NCBI GenBank assembly: GCA_030770535.1
Contig: JASVEC010000015.1
Coordinates: forward strand, 434,001 to 498,000
DNA: 64,000 nucleotides
Reading direction: 5' to 3'
DNA from: Batkoa obscura
Lineage: Eukaryota
Part shown: positions 53,858-64,000 of the stretch, one piece after another
How the letters are laid out: each line of letters opens with the position of its first letter
Position numbering within the stretch: position 1 is the stretch's first letter
Made by a program: the position numbers and the translations under genes
Notes under the pieces: model-generated
Database searches by the model: none
Seen by the model: only the letters and a program-made list of their open reading frames with translations
Told to the model about the DNA's origin: nothing

Positions 53858-55560
53858 ATGCAAAGAATCTCAATCAACAACTTATGTAATCCAAAACCGG
53901 AGCCAAGCAATCAACGCGATGAGGAGATCGCTGCTGAAGCTTTGGATAGTTTAAGGAATTCCAATGATTTAAACAACAGTCGTAAGTGATCAAAATTACT
54001 ACTCTAGTTTGTTAATATTTACACTATCAATATGATACTCAATCGAATTTATAAAAACAGATATTGACTCTTTTATCTTAGACTCGAGCAATGAAATACA
54101 TCAAAATGATCATTTTTTAAATCGTGTGTCGAATTTGCCGTTAGTAAACTCAGCGCTAAGGGCTTATGAAAGCACTAAAGCCAATTCATTTGTTGTCAAA
54201 GTAAATTCAATTTATATTAAACTTAATTTATAAATATAGAGCATGATAAATCAAAGGATAAATATTAAGACTGCGTTTTTAGTATGGTGCAGAAACGGTA
54301 GAAAGCTCAGTAAAATCCATTTGTATGCCTGTTATAAATAAACTTGAGCCACAGCTTGGTCAATTGGATGACTTTGCTTGTCGTCAACTTGATAAAGTAA
54401 GCTATATTGCATTTAGTGAAGCATTTTTTTAATGTTTTTAGTTGGAAAAACATTATTCCTCATTTATGGATAGCTCAACTCAACCACAGTTAAATGAACA
54501 TAACCAGCAAAATGGTCATTATCCCGTTCATTCATCTGTACATCAACCTTACCCTAAATTTGAAGATGGAAGTGAGCTACGCAATCGTAGAGTGATGGAA
54601 CTCAGCGGAGGGGGACCAGCTTGTAATTTTATTAAAACTTTAAAAACTCGATCTAATTTTGTGAATCTAGGTCAACCTTCGTATACGCCTCAGAGCAACG
54701 AAATCGCTAAACCAGCACCTCGTAGCCGTTGGCAACAAGTTGTTTTAGAAGCTGGTGTTACAGCTAGTGCTGGTGTTGCATTAGTTTCGGAAGAAAGTAT
54801 GAAATGCCTTAGGTACTGCCAACAATGGCTTGCTGTAAGAATACTTTAGTCATAATTTTAATTTATCTAATTTTTTTAGTATGCATCTGCACATATTGAA
54901 CAGCAAATTCAACTTTTAAGAAACTATCTTGTTTCGCTTGCTACCCCATCTAATTCGACTGCATTGTCTACTCGAGCATCGACTGCAGCGTTTTTATCAA
55001 ACATTAAAAAAGAAGTAGTGGCAACTCTACGTAAAGTCATTGATGTAGTTGGTCGTTATGCTGGCTCTTGTTTGCCTGGAGATGCACGAAATAGTGTACG
55101 CAATTTTATTCTTAATTTACCTGGAAGATGGGCATCACTTAATATGCCATATTTAGAAAGTGATATTTCCACCCCATGCTCGTCACCACTTCTTACACCA
55201 AACTCGTCTTGTCAAAACTCACCATCGCTTCTCACCCCTACCGAACAAACAAACCGAGTTCTTACTTTAGCAACTGAATCGATGAACATGCTACATAACG
55301 TTGGTGGTATATTCAAGGAATCTGTCGAAAGAGCAGAAGGATGGCTTAGAGCGGTTGGAAGATCACCTAATCATACCAGTTATTTCCCAGAAAATGCACC
55401 TATGCCACAATTTTCTTTATTGCCACCACCTGTCTCTCGACCAAATCAAAATTTCGGATCATCAAACTCATATTCAAATAATGATCATCAATGCAATAGC
55501 TATAATAATATAGAAATAGAGGAACATGCTAGACATGAAAGTTTACCAGATATTGAATAA
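53858..55560 (+). CDS. OPI1: Opi1-family transcriptional repressor, 5 exons
   Basis: DEEIAAEALDSLR, FLNRVSNLPLVNSALRAYESTK..VKYGAETVE, DFACRQLDKLEK, VSEESMKCLRYCQQWL, KKEVVATLRKVIDVVGRYAGSCLPGDARNSVRNFILNLPGRW and RVLTLATES. Confidence 0.92.
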
Positions 55561-56249
55561 GTACCTGTTCTATTATTATTATTATTATTTACTGATTAAT
55601 TTATTAATCATCTGCTAACTCTTATACATAATGCAATGTATTATATTATTTTTAATGCATATGAATACAAATCTTGGTTTTATTCATATTGACATCTCCC
55701 TTGCTCCTATTTTAATGATCTCTTTTTTGTCTTTGCTTACAATTCTTATAAAAATTTGATTTGATTGAGAGATTTTTAGTGTTTTATATTCTTGTTTTAT
55801 TTTAAATGTGTGCTAAATAAATATAACTTTTATGCTTAGATGTTGTTTTATTATTAGCCTTTATATGGAGTTATTTAATGTAATTTAAAATTAACCATAA
55901 TAAGTAATTTGAAGTTATACCAATTATTGAAGAATAATAAATAAACTTATCACTTTAATTTGTGTGATCGGATTTTAAGATTCAGATATTAGTATTATGT
56001 AAATTATGATTATTTAATTATCATATTTAGTTTAAATGCCTTTTGTAAAATAATATTGCATTTAAAAAAGAATTTTCTTGTACTGAAACCGATTAAGCAT
56101 TAAAAAACGATTAAAGAGACTTTACCAGATTCCAAAGTAGTTAAAAAAAGTCCTATCCTAACAAAATAATGAGTTTAAGTGATTAGTTAATAAATGGGGA
56201 AAAAGATTCTAAGAATCTATTATAATAAATTTATATTTACTAAAATTAT

Positions 56250-57685
56250 TAATGATATATGCATCATCATCAGTAAGTCATCGAAATAAAAAGGAATTGA
56301 TCAAGCAATAGGCTGATAACTACTATGGCAATATGGTTTTTATTTGTCTGAAGTAAATAAGGAGGAAAACAATTCAAAACAAAAAGTTGGAGCTAAAGGA
56401 GATAAAAATTCAAATGTGACCAAGAACAATAGAAAGATTAAATGTAACAAAAAAATAAGAATAGTAAAGATAGCGATCTATCTGTTTTTATTGTTATTGA
56501 CTTAGTTTTAAACATGTCAAAATCATATAGGCGTATAATCTAAAAAAGAAGATGGTTTATTGAATTCCAATAAAGCAGTAGAAAACTCGACTTGCCCAAG
56601 TACTGCTCAGCAAGATCATAGAACTGATAGTAATAACTATAGCAAGAGGAATAATAGATATTGAAATTATGATACAATGGTTTAGTTTATCTTTTTGTAC
56701 ATAATGAAAAAATTGAACCATATATACATAACTCTATTTTAAAATTAAAATCAGGTACCTTAACTTCAAAGTAAGCAGAAGATTTTAGTGATGAATCAAG
56801 TAGATATGGTGCTGATATTAATAGGTATAATATAACCTTTGATTGCTATGATTAGATAGTTTTTCATAAAAATGCCCAGTATGTATACGATACTGACTCT
56901 AATAACTATCCTAAGGGCACTGAAATCTACAATAATGGTTATGATTCTAGTATTTACAAGAACGATATTTATAACTACATCAATAGTGTTAATGAATTTG
57001 GCTATATTTTTCAATTATTTGAGATAAAAAATAACGAAGTAAAAAAAGAGCTAAGGATACAAAAGTAGTAAAAAAGTAGTAAAAAAGTTAAAAGCCAAAG
57101 AAGGAAAGAAAAGAATAAAAATAGTCAGGGTCAATATCAACAAAATCAAGCGAACTTCAATTTAACTTTAAATTATAATGAAATGAATAATCACCTTCCA
57201 AGCAAAATGTAAGAAAATGGTACAAATTTGGAAGAGATAAAAGAATACTAGCATCTACTCATATATCAGATTTGGGGTATATTGATGGGCTTGGAGCTTA
57301 CATAAATGTAGTATATAGGTATACTATAGGTGGTAAATTGGATTATGCCCCTGTTAATACTAATCTAGAAAACAAACTTTGTTCATCATTTAATTATACA
57401 TCAGTTTTGGGATATAAAGATGAGTTTAAAGGCTTCAAAAATACATAAGGTAGCTATAGCATGTATGACAAGCTAAATTCTATTCCTAATAGTGCTAAAC
57501 TTACAAATAAGAATGTTGATGGTATTCATTCTAACAATAACAAGGATGATCATAAAAAGGGTTTTGAGCGTAGCGATGTAAATAAGAAAGGCAGTTTTAA
57601 TGCAGTTAAAAGTAATGGTGGTATGAGCTTTAGCACTTTATTTATTATTCTCTCTATCATTTATACCCTTTTATATGTAATGTAG
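56250..57685 (+). pseudogene. Decayed gene, possibly a GPI- or tail-anchored surface protein
   Basis: Long coding-like frames broken by isolated stops (TAA 56772, TAG 56853, TAA 57446) and frameshifts; ends KSNGGMSFSTLFIILSIIYTLLYVM*. 5' boundary approximate. Confidence 0.45.
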
Positions 57686-58391
57686 ATGAAGCTAGTATTC
57701 GTTGCATTTATAATGATTCCGCTTCTATCTATATTTCAATAGTTTCTGATTTTGTTTGTGATATTATAAAGATTAGGGTAAGAATAAAATAATTTAATAT
57801 TTTGGGTTTTTGATTTTATTTAATGCTAATGAAATATACGTTTTTTACAGTTATCTATTAAATACATCCTCATATGCTATTTTCCTTATTCAGCTAATTT
57901 ATGATAACTCAATTGTTATGTCGAGTTAAAAATCTCAGAATATTTTTAACTATGTGTTATATTATTTAATAGCCCAAGTCAGGTTTTGATACGAACTGCT
58001 ATATATATTAATGTTTTTTTGGTTTCATCACTTTCCTTATCTTTAATACTTATTATTTTTTAGCTAAGCATCTAATTCAATGAGTAAAAACAAAGAGATA
58101 GCATTTAATTAGTATAATCGATTTACTAACTTCTACTTTTAGATAAACATCAATCTCAAAACAACATTACTCTGATTTATCATAAGTAAACTGGGTTTAA
58201 TATAAAGATAAATAATCGTTCTAGTTAAATGTTAAAAGTATAATGCTGGTGAGAAAAGCAAATTGTTTCAAAAAATGAAAGTTGTCGAAAGAAAGGAACA
58301 AAAGATAAACTAGCTATTCATTTATTTCAAGAGGAAACCGATCTAATTATATACTTATATCTTTATGCTTGTTAATAAATTGCGTACATAT

Positions 58392-58491
58392 GAGGATGTA
58401 TTTTTATGTACAAACATTTTGGTGATAGTTTTTTCACTTAAAATAACATTTAACAGATGGAAAAAGTGACGAAGCCAAAAAAAACACTTCC
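58392..58491 (-). mobile_element. MITE family A copy (diverged)
   Basis: GAGGATGT...ACACTTCC with ATAT flanks. Confidence 0.82.
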
Positions 58492-58762
58492 ATATCCTTT
58501 TATTCAACTGAATTGTGATTACTGGTTAAATTCCTTAATCTCTGATGCCAAACTTGAGTAAACTGCATCTTTTATAAAAAAAATTCTTTATGGTGCTATA
58601 TGTAGATAGTTTTTCAGGTGTTATGTTTGATCTTAAACTTACAGCTACGTTAAGTGAAGAATTTTCTCAAATGTTTTTAGAAAATATAATAATAATAATG
58701 TTTGATTAATTGTATTACAAAAAAATCAAGATTTTAAAACGTAAATCAAATCTAGTAAATGT

Positions 58763-58860
58763 GGGAGTGTTTTTTTTGGCTTCATTATTTTTCCATTTTT
58801 TAAGCGCTATTTAAGCGGAAAATTTGTTAGTAAAACTCCTAAACACAAAAATACATCCCC
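58763..58860 (+). mobile_element. MITE family A copy
   Basis: GGGAGTGT...ACATCCCC; flanks ATGT/ATAT. Confidence 0.9.
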
Positions 58861-59220
58861 ATATACTATAATTTTATCATAGTTTTGAGAAATAATTAAA
58901 CAAACTGTATTATTAAAACAAAATGGTTATAATGTTATATTATAGCACTTATTGTTTTAAACTATCTTTGTTATTTAACAAACAAGTAGTTTTATTTAAA
59001 GTATTTAGATCAAAATAATCTATATAAAGCTGAAGTCCCAGCAAAACGTAATGAGCCAACCAGCAGCATCAATGTACCTATTAACCATTATTTTGGCTAA
59101 TGCAAAGTCATATTTGAAAACAAAAGCACTTCCATTTGTACTCATGTTAGAAGATATTATCAAATGCAACCAGATATAAAAATAGAAGCAATTTAGATCT
59201 TCACAAAACACCCAAAGCTT

Positions 59221-59678
59221 TGTGAAATATCATTGTCAGTCCCATGATTAATTATAGTATAATAATCATTTAAGTTGTTGTGTTCTCAAGTTCAGAGAAA
59301 ATCAATCCTACGTTCTTAGTTTGATTTGCTATGAGAATTTCTAACCTCATCCCAATGAATATCATCTTCTCATTTTTGATATCCATACTTTTCAGAGTAT
59401 AAAAAAGATTTTATAGTAGTTCAAGGCTTTTTAACTGAATTATTCCCTGATATTTCATACATTTAATAAAGCCACTAAGTTTTCTTAATACCATTTTACG
59501 TAGGTTTTACAGTATTATTGTCTATTCTATTTGTCTTACGTAGTCTGTAGCCTATTATGTGATATTCTTCATAATTCAAGCCTATCTTAGTCACATAAAC
59601 TAAGACCTTTCGACTTATAATGTAGTCAACCCAGCAATAGCTGTTCTTGACTCCAAACCCTGTGCACCAGATTTCACA
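59221..59678 (-). mobile_element. ~460-bp TG...CA element, copy 2
   Basis: Reverse-complement homolog of 17326-17789 over the full length with the same 8-bp terminal inverted repeat; flanks GCTT/TAGT do not match. Confidence 0.85.
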
Positions 59679-60074
59679 TAGTCTTTAGTGACAAAATCAG
59701 CTGAAGCTGATTAAATTCAAATAAAAATTATAGCTAAATTAATTACAAAACCGCAATTAGGTTTATAAATAATTTAAATGATTTATCATGCTATAATTAA
59801 AAAGCTGATAAAGTAATATTTTATATTATAAAATAATTAATTTTAACAAAATTAGCAAATATTTGAATAATTAAAAAAACAATTTAGTAGTTTGCAACTT
59901 TATAACTCAAGTTAACATTAGCTTATTTTTTATTATTGTATTTAAGAGTCTTAAAATTTTTTCTGATCTCACTATTTTAAAAATGACAATTCTAAAATAA
60001 TTGATTATTTTAAAAGAATTTATTCTCATCTTATTATTCCACTATTGTTTTATATATTTGAACTAAAAAAATAT

Positions 60075-60173
60075 GAGGACGTGTTTTTTTGTTTAAGAAT
60101 TTCACTAACAATCTTTCCACTCAAATAACGCTTAAAAAAATGGAAAAAGTAATGATACCAAAAAAACATTACC
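60075..60173 (-). mobile_element. MITE family A copy
   Basis: GAGGACGT...ACATTACC with ATAT flanks. Confidence 0.85.
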
Positions 60174-60211
60174 ATATTTTATTAGAGGAATGTTAATTTT
60201 AACTATTATAT

Positions 60212-60309
60212 AGGGATGTTTTTTTTGATTTCATCACTTTCTCATTTTTTAAGCGCTATTTAAACAGAAAGATTGTTAGTGAAATTCTTAAACAAAAAAG
60301 CACATCCCC
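60212..60309 (+). mobile_element. MITE family A copy
   Basis: AGGGATGT...ACATCCCC with ATAT flanks. Confidence 0.88.
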
Positions 60310-60579
60310 ATATTTCCCTATTTTAGTTTAGCTTAAAGCATTAGAAAAAACACTTTCTAGAATTAGTACCAAAGTAAGAAAACAAAATCTAGTAAGGGAC
60401 AAAGCTGTAAGTATTGGCTACAAAGCATAAAAAACTAATCTTTCATCATTAATTTATAAAATAAACTGACTTCTATAAAAATGGGTTTCTTTATTTCTTT
60501 TCAACTTATTAAAGATAAATGAAATATCAACATTAACACATCAAGAAAAAAAGGATTGATAATAGGTTGGGTCGAGAAA

Positions 60580-63113
60580 CATGATTGTATATCCAATTAA
60601 TCCCCAATTGATTAGTTAAATGAGGAGCTGAATAATTCAGATAAAATCCAGCTTTTTAGGGAGTTCAATGGAATGAATGGGAATAATAATGATAGTTAGA
60701 GTTCAAGGAATAATGATAATGGCTTTAACCAGGGAAATAACAGCAACGACTGGAATCAGGAAAATAACAATAATAAGAATTGAAATCCCAGAAAAAGTAA
60801 TGGTTTTAATCGAAAAAAGAAAAATAATAACGGTTGGAACCAAGGAGATAACGATAATAACAATTGAAATCAAAGAATAAATTATGATTATTATAGGAAT
60901 ATATATCAGCAACAGTGGTAATAACTTCACTTTCTATATTTTCATAGCAAATTTGATTTTTATTTAGATAATAAATTAAACTGGATACAACCTCAGAAGG
61001 AACGGTCCTAGAACTCAAACAATATAGGCAATTCTGATAATCAATTCAATAGTAATAATCAAAATAGCAACAAGTATAGTAATAGTAGTAGGCGAAAGAA
61101 TAATAATTATAACAATAGTTGTCAAAATAATAATAACTTTCAAATAATAATGGTTTTCAAAACAACAACAGCTTTCAAGGAGATAATGAAAACCTTAATA
61201 AAAAGAAGTTTGATCGAACCCAGCTTAGAAATATCAACTTCCAGAGATTGATAGTAATTTTAATAACAATCAATTTAATAATAGCTTCAAAAACAATGGA
61301 GGGGATGAACAACGTAATTATAATACTACCTGATTTAATTCAAACAATAATATCACAAATCAATTTGAGAATAATAACAACAATGGATTTGATAAAATGA
61401 GCACTTCAAGTTCATTTTATGGTCTGAAAGATAATAGTAATAGTAGTAGTAACCAAGAATATAATTACAATCAAAAGGTAAAGAATCCAACAAATAAAGA
61501 GGTGTATCAAAATGCTTGAGGTTGGGATCAAAACAAACAAAATTGAAACTAAAACGAAGGTAATTGGAACCAGGATAATCAAACTTTGAATCGAAATAAG
61601 GGAATGCGGAGTATGAACGAATATATATGGAACCAAAATAAGCCTACATGGAGTTAAAATGATAACCGTAACTAAGCAAACAAAAAGGGAGACAATAATA
61701 CGACAAAAGAAAGAAAGAGATTATATAACCTTGAAAAAGAATGGGGGACTTTGGTCAGATCGAAGAAGTAGAAGAAGATTCTAATAAAGACGCTAGAGTA
61801 ATTGTTGTAAATAACAACTTTGATTTATGAGGAAATGATATCGGAAACTTTAGCAGCCTCAATAGACGTGAAGGATCTAATAAATAAGGCACTATAAAAG
61901 ATATCACAAAGGATGTAGAGCTGGAAATTAAACCAGACATATAGAAAGATTCTGAAGACAAATATACTATCGTTGAGAGAAAAAGTTTTAAAGGTATGGG
62001 GTTAGAACTTTATGGTAATAAACAGAATAATGATATTGAGGATGGAACTAAACAAATATTAGAAGGTATGGATAGAAAGGATGGGAAGAGTATTTAAGTG
62101 AAGATTATAAGTTATAATTTGGAAATAATGAGAGTAAAAGGATCATATTAAATCACAATATTGTTAAGGAGATTGAAACTGATGATATAGATGAACAAGA
62201 AACGTTCTCAAGTGACAATTATAAAGAAAATTTAATTCAAAAAGAAAATGAGGATATGAGGTTTTTTGATTCATTTTTAATTAGAGATAATCATTCCAAA
62301 GATAGTTATTTTGAAAATGAAGAAGATAAACGATTCCTTGAATCAATAACTCAGAATAAAAACATAAAACATGAATCAGAAGAAAAAGAAATGAAAAATG
62401 GTATTCTGGCCCTTATAAATTTACCTGAGGTGAGAAACCCAGAAGGTTATTTTATTGAAACGAAACTATCAAAATAATGATAATCAATATACTAAAGATA
62501 GAATGTCATTGAATTTGATTAAGAAAAACAATAGAAATAAGAATAGGGAGAGTTATTGTAGGAGTGATAAGGGTACAAGTGCATCTATCAACCAAAAGCT
62601 TGGTTCAATTAAAGATCAAAATTACAATCATAATATACCTTATCCAAATAAAAGAATATCAATTAATCAAAGGCTGACCTATAATAATAGTTCCAAGAGG
62701 ATCCCTATTCATTAACGTTTGGGTTATAAAAAAACAAAATGTGAAAAAGATTTAAATTTAACAACATAAAAAGTATTATTGCAATGAAGTATGATAAAGA
62801 AAAGAAAGAAGCAGAAAAATAATTGGATTAAAATTTAAGAACAAAGTTTAAAAGAATAGGAAGAAAACGACTTAAAATTGAATTATAGAGGTTTTAATAC
62901 ATATTTAAGCACTTGGGAGCAGAGCACTTCAATAAATATAAATGAAGATACTCTTAAGAATTTTGAAGTAGATCGGGTTGAAAGTGATAAAGGATCAATC
63001 AAAGAGAGTGAGGCAGTAAAGGAAAGTGGATAGGAAGTGGCTGATTATAAGGAGGCTGAAGGTGATAAAGAGATAATGGCTGATCGTGATATACAAGAAA
63101 AAGTTATAAAATG
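60580..63113 (+). pseudogene. Decayed long intronless gene: Asn/Gln-rich WNQ-repeat region followed by a charged (E/K/D/N) region
   Basis: Strong AAT/AAC/GAA codon periodicity over ~2.5 kb with many in-frame stops and frameshifts; repeats such as WDQNKQN, WNQDNQT and WNQNKPT. Boundaries approximate. Confidence 0.65.
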
Positions 63114-63377
63114 AGCCCCAGTTAAATTATTTGTATATAGACATATATATTACTGTTACAACATTTGAAAAACTTATTTGTATTTGCTTAAGAAATAAAG
63201 TTATAATTTAAATGATTAGTATTTTGTAATAAATCATCATTTAATATTGATATTTTTTAATTTATTGAATTTCAAAAATTGATTGGTTGAAATTGGAATC
63301 ATTTAAAATAAATGCCAAATTTTAAAAGCATTAATTCAAAACATCAACTAATTTTGAATTTTATTTTATTACTAATC

Positions 63378-64000
63378 ATGAATTATAAAATAGTCTTATA
63401 TTTACAATTAACTTATTTGCAATTAACCATTAGTCAACAGGTAACTCTCCTTCTACTATTATGTAACCACTAACACTTCCTAGACATCAACTGTGATAAA
63501 AGATTTAGCTTCATTAACCAAACCAATTAAAAGTACAATAAATTATTTAAAAAATTGGGACTCAATACTCCCTTCCTTTGAAGAATATATTAAAAAAATC
63601 ACAGATATAACTTCCGATTTTAAAACCAAACCAAACACATCCAAAGAGTCTTCAACAACTGGTGGAGATAAACAAAATATTCATGAATTATATATTGGTT
63701 ATTCGTATAAAGGACCTAAAGATCGATTTAATTATGCATCAAAAGATTGTGCAGCGAATATAATGTCTACGAATCCTTCTTCACGTAATCCAAGTGCTAT
63801 CTTAGACAAGAATAAAGATCGCTATCTATTAGATAAATGCTCCAGTGAAAGATATATAGTTGTAGAATTATGTCAAGAAATAGAAATACAGACTTTATTA
63901 TTAGCTAATTTTGAATTTTTTTCATCTACATTTAAACGATTTGATTTATATGCTTCAGATGCTTACCCACCCCAAAAAGAAGGTTGGTATTTTGCCGGTT
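63378..64000 (+). CDS. SLP1: SUN-domain ER protein Slp1/SUCO-like, 5' part (cut by the window end)
   Basis: Signal-like exon 1 and intron 63441-63483, then LPSFEEY, DRFNYASKDCAA, AILDKNKDRYLLDKC, VVELCQEI and LANFEFFSSTFK. Confidence 0.9.

Noticed and set aside
60600..63113. Stop-codon reassignment (TGA=Trp, TAR=Gln) as an explanation for the in-frame stops
   Set aside because: Intact genes here end in TAA, TAG and TGA and contain no internal stops; the region also has frameshifts.

Overview
Very AT-rich eukaryotic DNA with short (~45-60 nt) GT-AG introns. The gene content (Zn2Cys6 factor, Opi1, Ste7-type MAPKK, fungal-type P450) points to a fungus, probably an early-diverging lineage; the lineage is an inference. 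Most genes are spliced, so the ORF track misses or fragments them, and I reconstructed exons by hand. About 21 protein-coding genes are supported: DHFR, PCF11, a 14-exon Groucho/TLE-type co-repressor, three CaMK1-type kinases, two paralogous secreted Gly/Tyr-rich proteins (one frameshifted), WSS1, SLX9, STE7, a Zn2Cys6 TF, IPI1, a trihelix/Myb-like TF, a P450, a FabG-like SDR, a macrodomain protein, OPI1, SLP1 (cut by the window edge) and three unknowns. The most striking features are: (1) an intact animal-style Groucho/TLE gene with Q domain and WD40 propeller in a fungal genome, with eh1-like motifs in two nearby TFs; (2) an old IPI1-DHFR duplication resolved by reciprocal gene loss; (3) patchwork 100%-identical blocks between tandem kinases; (4) about 18 copies of a ~98-bp MITE with 4-bp target duplications; (5) a macrodomain with a rewired catalytic site behind a cluster of TAGCAAC (RFX-like) sites; (6) decayed genes at 56-63 kb whose stops fall on Trp and Gln codons. 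No rRNA, tRNA or CRISPR array was recognised. All homology calls come from motif recognition by eye, not from database searches.
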